From: Patescibacteria group bacterium
GTDB taxonomy: Bacteria > Patescibacteriota > Patescibacteriia > UM-FILTER-42-10
DNA length: 64,000 nt
Direction: 5' to 3'
Assembly (NCBI GenBank): GCA_041664365.1
Contig: JBAYKW010000007.1
Location: 434 to 64,433, forward strand
Shown piece after piece: positions 1 to 10,391 of the stretch (position 1 is the first letter of the stretch; each line of letters begins with the position of its first letter). The notes under the pieces are model-generated. The model ran no database searches. It was not told where the DNA came from and saw only the letters and a list, made by a program, of their open reading frames with translations. A program made the translations under genes and the position numbers.

Positions 1-1124
1 TCCTTGCCGTAATTTAAATCTTTCATTAATTTTGTCGGTGCATTGCGCAGGACCAATGGCACACCCAGACTGCTGGTTTCTTGTGCGTCTCTCGCCGCTT
101 TCTCGTAGGCAGTATAGAGAGTATTAGATTTTTTTGCCTGGGCCAGATAAACCACCACCTGCGCCAGAGCAAGCTTGCCTTCGGGCATACCAATAAAGTG
201 CACGGCGTCTTTCGCGGCATTGGCATAAACCAAAGCTTTGTTATCCGCCAAGCCGATATCTTCCGAAGCAAAGCGTACCAGCCTCCTGGCAACATATAAT
301 GGATCCTCGCCGGCTTCCAGCATTCTGGCCAGCCAATAAAGGGCCGCGTCTGCATCCGAGTCTCTCAAACATTTATGCAAAGCGGAAATAATATTGTAAT
401 GCTCTTCACCATTTTTATCGTAGTATAAAATGGTATTCTGGATTGCTTCTTTTATATCTTTTTCATTCAATTCATAGTTCTTCTTTCCATTACTGGCGAT
501 CTCAATCGTAGTTAAAAGACTGCGCGCATCACCACCGGAAAATTTAATCAGAACATTCTTCCCTTTACGGTTTATTTTTAATTTTTGCTCGCCCAGTCCG
601 CGCGTTTTATCTTTCAGCGCCAGGTTAATAATTTTTTCCTGATCACTTCCGGATAATGGCTTAAAAGTCAGCACTCTGGATCTGGATAACAGCGCTGAGT
701 TAATAGTAAAAGACGGATTCTCTGTTGTAGCGCCGATCAGCGTCAAAATTCCCTTCTCTACATAAGGTAATAATACGTCCTGCTGAGCTTTATTAAATCT
801 GTGTATTTCATCCAGAAATAGAATTGTTTTCTGTTTCAAGAATTCCGCATCTTGTTTTGCATTTTCAGCGATCTTTTTTATTTCAGCCACTCCAATCAAG
901 ACGGCACTACTGGCGACAAACCGGCACTTAAATTCATTACTGAGTATCCTGGCTAGAGTTGTTTTACCGATCCCCGGCGGCCCCCAGAAGATCAAAGATG
1001 CAAGCGTCTGATTGGCAATCATCTGTTCCAATATCTTATCTTTGGCCAGAATATGTTCCTGCCCAAAAAATTCCGATAATTTTTGTGGCCTCAATCTCTC
1101 CGCTAATGGACTTAATTCTTTCAT
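1..1124 (-). CDS. rarA: Replication-associated recombination protein A (RarA/MgsA), 3' end outside window
   Basis: Manual translation from ATG at 1124: MKELSPLAERLRPQ...FWGPPGIGKT (Walker A)...FLDEIHRFNKAQQD...LIGATTENPSF...ASEDIGLAD. Absent from the ORF track because it runs off the edge. Confidence 0.93.
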   Translation of the reverse strand, partial: MKELSPLAERLRPQKLSEFFGQEHILAKDKILEQMIANQTLASLIFWGPPGIGKTTLARILSNEFKCRFVASSAVLIGVAEIKKIAENAKQDAEFLKQKTILFLDEIHRFNKAQQDVLLPYVEKGILTLIGATTENPSFTINSALLSRSRVLTFKPLSGSDQEKIINLALKDKTRGLGEQKLKINRKGKNVLIKFSGGDARSLLTTIEIASNGKKNYELNEKDIKEAIQNTILYYDKNGEEHYNIISALHKCLRDSDADAALYWLARMLEAGEDPLYVARRLVRFASEDIGLADNKALVYANAAKDAVHFIGMPEGKLALAQVVVYLAQAKKSNTLYTAYEKAARDAQETSSLGVPLVLRNAPTKLMKDLNYGK

Positions 1125-1699
1125 AGTGTATCTATTTTTTCCAAAATCTTCGGAATCTTTTTAAAATCCTTAATCAAAGTTTCGCGCAGACCGCCGTTAT
1201 ACAAAGCGGCCGCCGGATGATAGAGCGGGAGGTAAGTCTGTTTTTCTCCTGTTGATTCATTAATCAGTCTTTTTGGCTGGCCATGTATGTCAGATATAAA
1301 TCTCCCGGGAATAAAAAACTCCATCGCGTGCCGGCCGAGTGTGATGATTAATTTTGGTTTGATTATCTTTATTTGTGCGTATAAATAACTGCCCGAGCAA
1401 GTCTGCACTTCTTCTGGCAACGGATCACGATTTTCCGGCGGTCGGCACTTAACAACATTAGTGATAAATACATCCTCCCGTTTCATCCCGATCGTATTCA
1501 GCATTTCCTCCAGAAATTTCCCCGCCTGTCCGACAAAAGGAAGTCCTTGCTCATCTTCATTTTTACCGGGGCCTTCACCGACGAACATTAAATCAGCATT
1601 CGGATTGCCGGAACCGGGCACTGCATGCGTTCTTTTTTCGAACAATACACACTTCTGGCATATTTTGATTTGTTCAGCAATTTTTTCTAATTCGGTCAT
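1121..1699 (-). CDS. Uracil-DNA glycosylase, family 4 (Fe-S)
   Basis: CxxC N-terminus, GEGPG, NVVKCRPPENRDP and YHPAA motifs. Confidence 0.93.
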   Translation of the reverse strand: MTELEKIAEQIKICQKCVLFEKRTHAVPGSGNPNADLMFVGEGPGKNEDEQGLPFVGQAGKFLEEMLNTIGMKREDVFITNVVKCRPPENRDPLPEEVQTCSGSYLYAQIKIIKPKLIITLGRHAMEFFIPGRFISDIHGQPKRLINESTGEKQTYLPLYHPAAALYNGGLRETLIKDFKKIPKILEKIDTL

Positions 1700-1714
1700 A
1701 GGATTGTTGTTGAT

Positions 1715-2095
1715 CTATTTACCGGTTAATGTCGCCACCTTCTCCACAATTTGAGCTGGAACTACTTTTGACTTTATTATATAATCTACCGCGCCCAGTT
1801 TCAATGCCTCGTCAACAACTTCCTTTTTGTCCAGATTTGAAAACACAATCACCGGGATACTTTCAGTCTTTATATTCTGCTTTATTTCTCTAAGTACCTG
1901 CATACCGTCCTCATTGAAAAGAATTATATCCAAAAGAATTACATCCGGCTTTTGTTCCCGAGCCATTTTACAACCGGATTCACCGCCTTCGGCAGAGATG
2001 AAGTCATAACTTTCCAAGCGAAATTTTGCACCATACAACTGGGCCTGATTTACATCATCTTCTATCATCAAAATTTTATATTTCCTGGCAGTCAC
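1715..2095 (-). CDS. Single-domain response regulator (receiver)
   Basis: IEDD, PDVILLD, S/T and K receiver motifs; downstream of a histidine kinase. Confidence 0.9.
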   Translation of the reverse strand: MTARKYKILMIEDDVNQAQLYGAKFRLESYDFISAEGGESGCKMAREQKPDVILLDIILFNEDGMQVLREIKQNIKTESIPVIVFSNLDKKEVVDEALKLGAVDYIIKSKVVPAQIVEKVATLTGK

Positions 2096-2100
2096 TTTGA

Positions 2101-3234
2101 TTATTTAGATTTTGCCAAAAGATTAAATTCCACACAAAATTTGGTCCCCTTATTTTCTGTACTCTCCATCCAAATTTTTGCTCCCGGATGTTTATCAATT
2201 ATCCCCTTCACAATAAACAGCCCCAATCCGGAACCATCAGTATAGGCGCTCCTGGCGTTACTCGCTCTGATAAATTTCTTAAAAACCTTATTCTGATCCT
2301 CCTCCGGAATGCCAATACCGGTATCCTGCACTGTCAAAATTGCTTTTGTTTTTTTCTTTACTAAAAATACTGAGATCGTACCCTTGTTTGTATATTTGAT
2401 TGCATTGTCCAAAATATTATTGATCGCCTCCTCAATATACCTTAAACTGCCACGCATCATCATTGGTTTCGCCGGTTTGCGCCAGACAAGCTTCAACTTC
2501 TTATTCTTAATATCCAGACTGTGCTGCACGACTATCTTTTCAATCAGTTCAGTTAAATCAAATTTATCACTTAAACTCATTGCCTTTTCACCGGCCGTAT
2601 CCATCTCTGAAGCCATTAAGATATCATTGATTATCTCCTCCAGTTTAATACTCTTCTGATACATCCCGTCAATGAACTTAGCTTTTTCTATTTGTTTCAT
2701 TTTGTCCAGATCACCATCTCTCAGCATGGCCAATGTACCCTTAATAACTGACGTGGGTGTTCTCAATTGATGTGAAGCGATGTCCAAAAATTCAGAACGC
2801 ATCTCAATAAGCTTCATCATGCGGTCGGCCTTTTTCTGGATTTCTCTGGTTTGTTCTTTAACCCTGTCTTCCAGTTCATTTGAAAGCTGCTTTAGACTTT
2901 CCTTCGTTTTCTTTTCAAAAAAATTAGATTTAATTATTTTCTCCGTGCTCTTATTGAAGAAATAGCCATAAACGATGACCAGGGAAAAAATTATAATGAT
3001 AGCTGAAACAGAAATATTTTTATCAACCAGATAAAATAACAGGAAAGAAAAACAAATCAGAACCATACTGATCACCTGATACTGCAAAAACAAGCATTTG
3101 CGGAATCTTAATTCACAATACTGGCAACGTTTATAGGGAAGAGAATTAAGATTATTTACCAACCAACAGTTTCTATTAAGATAACAACTCTTTCCAATTT
3201 CTTTTTCCCCGTTTTGTTTTTTTATTTTGCTCAT
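2101..3234 (-). CDS. Membrane sensor histidine kinase with Cys-rich N-terminus
   Basis: SHQLRTP H-box, NAIKYT, DTGIGI, GSGLGL; two TM helices. Confidence 0.92.
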   Translation of the reverse strand: MSKIKKQNGEKEIGKSCYLNRNCWLVNNLNSLPYKRCQYCELRFRKCLFLQYQVISMVLICFSFLLFYLVDKNISVSAIIIIFSLVIVYGYFFNKSTEKIIKSNFFEKKTKESLKQLSNELEDRVKEQTREIQKKADRMMKLIEMRSEFLDIASHQLRTPTSVIKGTLAMLRDGDLDKMKQIEKAKFIDGMYQKSIKLEEIINDILMASEMDTAGEKAMSLSDKFDLTELIEKIVVQHSLDIKNKKLKLVWRKPAKPMMMRGSLRYIEEAINNILDNAIKYTNKGTISVFLVKKKTKAILTVQDTGIGIPEEDQNKVFKKFIRASNARSAYTDGSGLGLFIVKGIIDKHPGAKIWMESTENKGTKFCVEFNLLAKSK

Positions 3235-3237
3235 TAA

Positions 3238-3678
3238 TTAAGAGCTGATTTTATTTTTGCTAAAAATCTTTTTTAAAACTATATACATCAGCGTCGCAAC
3301 GCAAAACCCGACCAGACAGGCCAGAAAGATCATTAGATCAACAACCAGTATGTAAATCCAGGCAAAATTAGTCAGCTCGGTGAAATGTAAAAGCAAAAAA
3401 CCGACCAACAGCAGCACCCCGGTAGCGGCGGCAACAAAATTCAACTCCCCCAATTCTTTCTGTATTGGTTCAACTTTTTTCTTAAAAATACCTTTAGAAA
3501 CCATGGCGTGAATTTGATATGGGATGTTCAGTTTTAAGGAAAAAGCACCAAAAATCGCCAAAAGCGCCACAATTAAAACCAACCATTTATTATGAATGAA
3601 AAAAGCGAGCAGAACCAGAACACCATAAGTAGCCCGGGAAAATTTCAGAGATTTATCATAAATTGAACATTGTTGCAT
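3238..3678 (-). CDS. DUF4395-like membrane protein
   Basis: Four hydrophobic segments and C-terminal GFCVA motif. Confidence 0.6.
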   Translation of the reverse strand: MQQCSIYDKSLKFSRATYGVLVLLAFFIHNKWLVLIVALLAIFGAFSLKLNIPYQIHAMVSKGIFKKKVEPIQKELGELNFVAAATGVLLLVGFLLLHFTELTNFAWIYILVVDLMIFLACLVGFCVATLMYIVLKKIFSKNKISS

Positions 3679-3684
3679 ATTTTT

Positions 3685-5028
3685 TTATTTAACGGATAAT
3701 TTATTGTCCTCGATAATTTTACCAACAGCCAAACACGCCTTTCGCACATCTTTAATATTATTATATATATAGAAGCTTAATCTGCAGCTGGCCGGGGGAT
3801 TCAATTCATAAAAGTGATGAGCCAGAGTGGCACAATGGCATCCGGCTCTGGATTCAATATCCAGCTTGTTTAATTCTTCCGCTATCTTAAACGGGCTTAT
3901 GTCCGGATGGTTAAAAGCCACCAGACAGGTCCTGGCTCCCGGGTCCTTCGGTCCGTATATTTTTAACGAAGGGATTTGTGACAATATTGTCAGTGCTTCA
4001 CCAATTAATTCCTTCTCATGAACTTCAACAACATTCATCGTCTTTCTAATATCTGAGATATCCAATTTTTTTCCAGTCATAAAATACAAACTCTTCCCGT
4101 TATTCAAGGCAAAATCCATCAACAGCCTCAAAGTCTGAGCGGATAAAATCGTCCCTAAGATATTAGGGGTGCCCGCGGTGAACTTCCAGGGGAGCACATT
4201 GTATTCCACTTTCTCCGGCGCAACCTTCCCTTCCGCGATCATGTCACCGCCATAAAGAAATGGTTTCATTTGTTCTAATAGTTCTTCTCTGGCATACAGC
4301 GCGCCGACACCAAAGGGTGACATAATTTTATGAAAAGACCAAGCCAGAAAATCCACGCCCAATTCTTTCACATCCACAAAAACATTTGGGACCATCTGCG
4401 CACCGTCAATTAAAAGTAATGATTTTTTTTCTCCATTCGGCTGACTATATCCGCTGGTATCGGCAATCGCCCTGATTTCTTTGACCGGATTCTTAGTACC
4501 CAAAAAATTTGATGCCCCGGTACAGCAAATCAGTTTCGTTCTTTCATCCACAATTGATTTTAAATGCGCGAGGTCCAGCTGTCCAGTTTCTTTATCAAAT
4601 TTTGCTATCCTGCATTCAACATTCACCCCGAACTTTGGTAATATTTCTTTCGTCAATCCATACCATGGAACGTAATTTGAATTATGTTCCATAAATGTCG
4701 TGACTACATTATCTCCGTCTCTAAACTCGGTCATTAGAGAATACATGACTGAATTAATCGCTTCCGTTGTATTTCTGTATAAAATTATATTCCTTTTGGA
4801 TGGAGCGCCAATAAACTGAGCAATAGTATCATAAGATGATTCAAATAATTCCGTAGTTTCTATTGAGGACTGCGACTGACCCCGATGGACATTGTCATAT
4901 TTTACAATGAGTCTTTTCAGCAAATCCAATAACTGGACCGGGGCCTGCGTACTCGCTGCATTATTAGAAAGCACCCTCCCGTACTTTATCGCCGGAAAGG
5001 ATTTTCGTATTCTGTCAGTATTAATCAT
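3685..5028 (-). CDS. SufS-like class V PLP enzyme (cysteine desulfurase family)
   Basis: NVHRG, MEHNSN, DGAQ, SFHK (PLP Lys), RAGCHCA; start placed at MINTDR. Confidence 0.85.
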   Translation of the reverse strand: MINTDRIRKSFPAIKYGRVLSNNAASTQAPVQLLDLLKRLIVKYDNVHRGQSQSSIETTELFESSYDTIAQFIGAPSKRNIILYRNTTEAINSVMYSLMTEFRDGDNVVTTFMEHNSNYVPWYGLTKEILPKFGVNVECRIAKFDKETGQLDLAHLKSIVDERTKLICCTGASNFLGTKNPVKEIRAIADTSGYSQPNGEKKSLLLIDGAQMVPNVFVDVKELGVDFLAWSFHKIMSPFGVGALYAREELLEQMKPFLYGGDMIAEGKVAPEKVEYNVLPWKFTAGTPNILGTILSAQTLRLLMDFALNNGKSLYFMTGKKLDISDIRKTMNVVEVHEKELIGEALTILSQIPSLKIYGPKDPGARTCLVAFNHPDISPFKIAEELNKLDIESRAGCHCATLAHHFYELNPPASCRLSFYIYNNIKDVRKACLAVGKIIEDNKLSVK

Positions 5029-5231
5029 AAAATTATTATATTTTATATAATTGATCCTGCAAAAAAACATTAAACAACACTATCATTATAGCCACTTGGT
5101 CCGTTATAAGCAATATATTAGCCAAAACCAACAAGCCAGCCAATCGACTATACGATGTCTGGTTTTCGGCAAATTATAGGATTGCTACTTCTTTTATCAA
5201 CAAAAATGGTGGCCGATCTCGAATTTATCAA

Positions 5232-5999
5232 TCAGTACCTGCTAACTATCTTCAGTAAATTATTATGCACCTTACCGTTTGAGGCAAGCATATCTTTCGA
5301 GCTCAAGCTCCACTCATTACCCTTGAAGTCCGTCACCTTACCACCGGCCTCCCTGACTAATAAGACGCCCGCACCTACATCCCAAGGATGAGCGCCAGGG
5401 ATCACGATTGTTTCCGTCCGACCGTCCGCGACAAAACCGAGTTCGATTGACGCAGCGCCCAGTTGTCGGATATCTCGGCCATCATGTTTTAGTCTGCTGT
5501 AAATTGCGATTGCCCTTTTCCTGTCCTCTGTCCTGTGGCCATGACAATAAGTAAGCATTGATTCTCCGACGGTACTTAACTTGGACACCTTTAATTTCTT
5601 GCCGTTCAAAAATGCACCTTTACCTTTTTCCGCAACATAAAGTTCTTTCATGAACGGTGCGTAGACAACCCCGAGCACTACCTCGTCATTTTTAAAAACC
5701 GCGATTGAAACAGCGTACAACGGATTGCCCATAGAATAGTTTGTAGTGCCATCCAGCGGATCAACAACCCAAAGGTACTCTGATTTTCTTTTTTTGCCAC
5801 CACCTTCTTCGCTCAACACACTATGATCAGGATAATTCTTCTTTATATGTTTTAAAACAATTTTTTCCGCCCGATAATCTTCCGACGTCACTATTTCATG
5901 TTTATCTTTAAACTGCACATCTTTGGAAGAAATATTGTGAAATCTCTTTAATAAAGATGCACCGGCCTCTCTTGCCGCTCTTATGGCTACTTGCTTCAT
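5232..5999 (-). CDS. Inositol monophosphatase family protein
   Basis: SEEG, WVVDPLDGTTN and PWDVGAG motifs. Confidence 0.92.
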   Translation of the reverse strand: MKQVAIRAAREAGASLLKRFHNISSKDVQFKDKHEIVTSEDYRAEKIVLKHIKKNYPDHSVLSEEGGGKKRKSEYLWVVDPLDGTTNYSMGNPLYAVSIAVFKNDEVVLGVVYAPFMKELYVAEKGKGAFLNGKKLKVSKLSTVGESMLTYCHGHRTEDRKRAIAIYSRLKHDGRDIRQLGAASIELGFVADGRTETIVIPGAHPWDVGAGVLLVREAGGKVTDFKGNEWSLSSKDMLASNGKVHNNLLKIVSRY

Positions 6000-6037
6000 G
6001 ATATGTTGTCTCAATGTTAATTGGTTAACTGTAAATA

Positions 6038-6550
6038 TTAATTTCCGATTATGCCCTCAACAAATTGAATTTGTTCTTCTACAGGTTGGCCCATTTGAAG
6101 ATAGTGATAGTCCAGCCCTATTTTTTCGAGTGCCACTTCATGAACTTCCGGGAAATTGCGTTCGAATTTTTTCATCAAAGCTTCCTTATCAATTACTCTA
6201 TCCCTTTTTTCTTCTCTTAATAAACACTCCTCCTTTGATAATAGACAAAGAAAAATATTTAAATCTACAGTGTTATCGATTTTTTTCAGCTGCTCGGCAT
6301 TAAAATCATGATGATTAGTACCTAATTCCAGAATAACGTCTTGGTTAAGCTTTCCTAAGTCAGCATACATTTCCTCATATGCCTTGATTGCCAAACTTTC
6401 ATCCCTCAATTTACCACTCTCATCCTTATATTTCTTAATATATTCATAAACATCATGCAGTTTGAAATTCGGGTATTTTTTCATAAAAGCATTGGCAAAT
6501 GTCGTTTTGCCCGCTCCCGGATAGCCAATCAACACTATAATTTTTTTCAT
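6038..6550 (-). CDS. P-loop nucleotide-kinase-like protein
   Basis: N-terminal GYPGAGKT Walker A; small kinase-fold size. Confidence 0.7.
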   Translation of the reverse strand: MKKIIVLIGYPGAGKTTFANAFMKKYPNFKLHDVYEYIKKYKDESGKLRDESLAIKAYEEMYADLGKLNQDVILELGTNHHDFNAEQLKKIDNTVDLNIFLCLLSKEECLLREEKRDRVIDKEALMKKFERNFPEVHEVALEKIGLDYHYLQMGQPVEEQIQFVEGIIGN

Positions 6551-6551
6551 A

Positions 6552-7274
6552 CTATTTGGGGTTAAACTTCTTTTGTACTCTCAGAGCCCACTCATCCAAA
6601 GGATTTTCTATTCCATATTTTTGGTTCTCCCGCAACCACTTCGAAATGTTCGTCCATGTTAAACCATGGAAACCAAATTGGTTTGTCCAATCGATACCAT
6701 CTTTCTCATTAGATTCAAAGGAAAACTGTTTAGCTAACTCAATTGGCGCAAACACTATGCCTTTCTTTTCTAGATAATCACGAATCTTAACAGAGATAAA
6801 CCAGTCTTCTGGGTCTTTATCTGGTATTTGGATAGAATCATCTTTTTGTAATAATTTGAGTAGTTTTTTACTTCGCAAACTAAACCCGCCATTCCCGACT
6901 GTATATTTTTTATTTTCCCACCATGGAGAGCCAATATAATCATAGCTCAGAAATTTATCAGACCACGCAGAAGGGTTAAGAATAAATCCATCATACTGTA
7001 TTACCAAAACAAAATCGGTATTTATATAGCTATTGATATCTTTGATCATAAAATGGTTATAAGCCTCAATACTATTTATTGGATCAATAGCAACAACATT
7101 TATATTATCACTGCGCAAAGAAGTGAGTAATTTTATCTTGCCGAAGTTAAAATCTTTCATGCAGATTTCCGCTGCTTGAATTAATCTATCTATGTTAATA
7201 CAATCTAGACCAAAAAGTGTTACAGTTGGAAGAAGTGTTTTCATCAGATCGCTCGAAGCAACCGTCCTTTTCAT
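6552..7274 (-). CDS. DUF5672-like (glycosyltransferase-related) protein
   Basis: LVIQYDG, YDYIGSPW, GNGGFSLRS, EDWF, FGFH motifs. Confidence 0.8.
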   Translation of the reverse strand: MKRTVASSDLMKTLLPTVTLFGLDCINIDRLIQAAEICMKDFNFGKIKLLTSLRSDNINVVAIDPINSIEAYNHFMIKDINSYINTDFVLVIQYDGFILNPSAWSDKFLSYDYIGSPWWENKKYTVGNGGFSLRSKKLLKLLQKDDSIQIPDKDPEDWFISVKIRDYLEKKGIVFAPIELAKQFSFESNEKDGIDWTNQFGFHGLTWTNISKWLRENQKYGIENPLDEWALRVQKKFNPK

Positions 7275-7366
7275 GTTATTACGATATATTTATCGGTTAT
7301 AAATAATAGTAGCCTCTCTATCCCTCATAATTTTAACACACTTTCAACAAAATATTAACCAGAAAC

Positions 7367-7395
7367 TTGACAACTTTGTGACAATGATATATCTT
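7367..7395 (+). promoter_or_regulatory. sigma70 promoter, cassette A
   Basis: TTGACA-17-TATCTT, followed by hairpin GTGCTTTAT-TACG-ATAAAGTAC. Confidence 0.6.
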
Positions 7396-7530
7396 TACTT
7401 AATTAAAGTGCTTTATTACGATAAAGTACCAATCGTTCCTTGATAAGTGAATCATGCGGAATATACCCAAAAAACAAACGACTTTCGGTACAAACCACGA
7501 TCCTCAACCCAAAGACAGGGAGGTGTCATC

Positions 7531-7773
7531 ATGACGATTGACTCGACCAGTATTATTACAGCCCTCAACAACCTGAGCGGAGTCACTCACATTTCGGAAA
7601 ACGGAGGTCTGACGGTCCGAATTCCCGACAACAGCGGGAAAACTGTTCACGTTGCCGTGGACCGCCTTACCGGCATCTGCACCTCGGACGGTCAGGTGGT
7701 CGGAACCCTCCCCACCAGCGAGATCAGCCAGGCGCTTCCTAACTCCATCTTCCCCCACAACCAGAAACGGTGA
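7531..7773 (+). CDS. Orphan small protein A1 (80 aa)
   Basis: GGGAGGTG SD before ATG 7531; GC-rich codons; similar to A2. Confidence 0.75.
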   Translation: MTIDSTSIITALNNLSGVTHISENGGLTVRIPDNSGKTVHVAVDRLTGICTSDGQVVGTLPTSEISQALPNSIFPHNQKR

Positions 7774-7844
7774 GTCGTTCCCCACCAACACTCTCCTCGT
7801 CCGATGACGCGTTCATTCGGAACGCACAGCACAGGAGGGTTACC

Positions 7845-8114
7845 ATGACCAGGCAGCTCATCATCGCCGAGATCTATAGGTACATCCGGTCCATTCAGGA
7901 CCAGGAGCTCGGCGCATGCATCGACGTTACCATCCCTTGGGGTAGGCAAGGTGAGATTTCCGTCCGCGTCGAGCGGATGACCGGTAAGTGCACTAATCTG
8001 CACACCGACATGGAGATGCTGACCATCGACCCTAAAGCCCTCGACGCGGCATTTGCCGTCCGAGCAACGAAGCACGGCATCAATGGAACCGAATCCATGG
8101 GAGCACACGCATGA
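7845..8114 (+). CDS. Orphan small protein A2 (89 aa), probable paralog of A1
   Basis: AGGAGG SD before ATG 7845; shared VxIP..(D/E)R(L/M)TGxCT motif. Confidence 0.75.
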   Translation: MTRQLIIAEIYRYIRSIQDQELGACIDVTIPWGRQGEISVRVERMTGKCTNLHTDMEMLTIDPKALDAAFAVRATKHGINGTESMGAHA

Positions 8115-8148
8115 TTTGCATATCGTTCGTCCCCACCGGACGAAACAC

Positions 8149-8207
8149 AAAAAAGGCGACCAACAACTTAAGATCGCAACATCTTCAGAGGTCGCCTCAT
8201 TTTTTTT
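8149..8207. terminator. Bidirectional terminator between cassette A and folC
   Basis: AGGCGACC...GGTCGCCT arms flanked by A-tract and T-tract. Confidence 0.55.
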
Positions 8208-9504
8208 CCTTCAAGATTTCACCGATAGTATAAAGTGAGCCGGTAACAATTACTGTTCCATTATTCCCCGCCAATCTCTTCGCCATCACGATACCATCAT
8301 CCAATGAAGCGGTAATTATCCCTTTTGGATAATATTTTTTTAATTTTGATGCACGATAAAAATCCCTAAGATCATCAATCTTCGTTACATCCGGAAAAAT
8401 CAGTTTATCAGAAAATTTTGCCAGCGTACGCAATATAGCCGGTACCTGTTTTTTCGTGTTCTTTATACTGACTAGAAAAACAGTATTATGCGGTTTAACA
8501 CCCACGTCATGCAGTGCCTTGACTAATGCCCTGATGCTGAATAGATTATGCGCACCGTCCAGGATCACCATGGGATTTTTCTGCCAGATCTGGAATCTTG
8601 CCTCGTGCGCGGTGTTTCCGGCAGCTTTAATAATAGCCTGTGGCGGTATCACAAAACCCTGATTACTAAGTTGCCTGGCGGAAGCAAAAGCACAGGCAAA
8701 GTTTTCCGCCTGATGCCTGCCGATCAAGGACAGTCTCAGATTTCGATATATATCACCCTGATAACTGATATTAATATAAGTACCGGTCAAATCGACTTTT
8801 TTGATTGAATATTTTAGATCCTTGTTAATATTAATCAATGAGGCTTTTTTAGCTTTCACTTTATTTTTTATTACTTTCAGCGCGTTACCCTTAGCTGCTG
8901 TTGAAACTGCGTCATTGTTTTGGATTATGCCGGCCTTTTCTCCCGCTATTTTGGTAATTGTATTACCCAGGGATTTTGTGTGATCAAAGCTAATATTGGT
9001 AATGATTTTATTTTTCAAACCAACCGCCGTTGTTGCATCTAGCCGACCGCCCATGCCCACTTCGATAACAACTACATCTGTTTTTTCTTCGGCGAAATAC
9101 TGGACCGCCAGAGCGGTAGTAAACTCAAAAAATGTAACGTGATCTCCGCGTTTGCCGATTTCTTTCAGTAAGGGGATCATCCGGTCGCCGATTTTTTTCA
9201 CTCTCCGAAGAGTAATCGGCCTACCGTTGATCATAATCCTTTCACTGGGCGATACTAAATACGGAGAATAAAATGATCCGGTCTTATACCCAGCTTCCCT
9301 CAGAATCTTTTCTAGAAATGCCACGGCAGAACCCTTTCCTTTTGTGCCAGCTACCTGCACACCGATCAGTTTTTTTTCGGGACTGCCCATTTTCTGAAGC
9401 AGTGATTTGACCCGGTGCAGTTGCAAAAAATCCTTACTGACAAAGCGCGGGTCGTAAGGTTTCAGATATTTTTGGTACTGATTGAATATTTCTTTTGCTC
9501 TCAC
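8197..9504 (-). CDS. folC: Folylpolyglutamate synthase/dihydrofolate synthase
   Basis: AGTKGKGS, SERI, EVGMGGRLDAT, DH..LG, IAGEKAGI, DGAHN, TGSLY. Confidence 0.92.
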   Translation of the reverse strand: MRAKEIFNQYQKYLKPYDPRFVSKDFLQLHRVKSLLQKMGSPEKKLIGVQVAGTKGKGSAVAFLEKILREAGYKTGSFYSPYLVSPSERIMINGRPITLRRVKKIGDRMIPLLKEIGKRGDHVTFFEFTTALAVQYFAEEKTDVVVIEVGMGGRLDATTAVGLKNKIITNISFDHTKSLGNTITKIAGEKAGIIQNNDAVSTAAKGNALKVIKNKVKAKKASLININKDLKYSIKKVDLTGTYINISYQGDIYRNLRLSLIGRHQAENFACAFASARQLSNQGFVIPPQAIIKAAGNTAHEARFQIWQKNPMVILDGAHNLFSIRALVKALHDVGVKPHNTVFLVSIKNTKKQVPAILRTLAKFSDKLIFPDVTKIDDLRDFYRASKLKKYYPKGIITASLDDGIVMAKRLAGNNGTVIVTGSLYTIGEILKEKK

Positions 9505-10334
9505 TATTTTTTACGCAACTGTTTTAATAATTTAATATCATTTTCTCTGCCTTCGGCAGGAGTTTCCAGAATAAAATCTACATTTCTTAATTTCGGATGG
9601 TTGATTAACGCCTCAAATCCATCTTTGCCAATCTCTCCTTGGCCGATATGTTCATGCCGGTCAACCTTGGCGTTTAGTTCTACTTTAGAATCATTGGCGT
9701 GGATTAATTGCAACAAATCAATCCCGACAACCTCATCAAACTTCTTGAGTGTTTCATCAACATCTTTTTTAGTCCGCAAATCATAACCGGAAGCAAACGC
9801 GTGTGCCGTATCAAAACAAACTGCCACTTTTTTATGATTTACTTTTTTTATAATCCTGCCAATCTCCTCGAAACTGTCACCGATAACACTCCCGGAGCCA
9901 GCAGCAATCTCCAATAAAAAAGTCGCTTTACCAGTATATCCTTTCAGTAATTCTTTTATTCCGTCTATTACCATTTGCAGTGCTTTTGCTCGCGTAAAAT
10001 CCTTTGATGAGCCTAAGTGGGTCATTACTGCTACAACACCTAATTGCGAGGCGCGATCCAATTCCTCACGAATAATACTGATAGAACCGTTCCGAACCCG
10101 ATCCTGTTTTGAAGCTAAATTAATATAGTAAGGTGTGTGAATATACGCCTTACCTAGTCCGCTAGCTTTAATATTTTTCTGAAATTTTTTTACAACTTCA
10201 TCGTTGATTTCAGGTGCTTTGCCTCCGCGCGGTGAACGCGAAAACATCTGGAAACATTCACAGTTTTCAGTAAAGGCATTCAGCGGAGCATTTTCCATTC
10301 CGCCGGCTATGGATACATGGGCGCCAATATTCAT
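9504..10334 (-). CDS. nfo: Endonuclease IV
   Basis: GAHVSIAGG, HTPYYINLAS, CFDTAH, HANDSK, DRHEHIG, ILETP. Confidence 0.95.
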   Translation of the reverse strand: MNIGAHVSIAGGMENAPLNAFTENCECFQMFSRSPRGGKAPEINDEVVKKFQKNIKASGLGKAYIHTPYYINLASKQDRVRNGSISIIREELDRASQLGVVAVMTHLGSSKDFTRAKALQMVIDGIKELLKGYTGKATFLLEIAAGSGSVIGDSFEEIGRIIKKVNHKKVAVCFDTAHAFASGYDLRTKKDVDETLKKFDEVVGIDLLQLIHANDSKVELNAKVDRHEHIGQGEIGKDGFEALINHPKLRNVDFILETPAEGRENDIKLLKQLRKK

Positions 10335-10362
10335 AGCCTAATTATAGCAGATGCCGACAAAA

Positions 10363-10391
10363 TTGACATTGAACTATTTCATTGTTATTAT
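10363..10391 (+). promoter_or_regulatory. sigma70 extended -10 promoter, cassette B
   Basis: TTGACA-17-TATTAT with TG motif. Confidence 0.75.
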
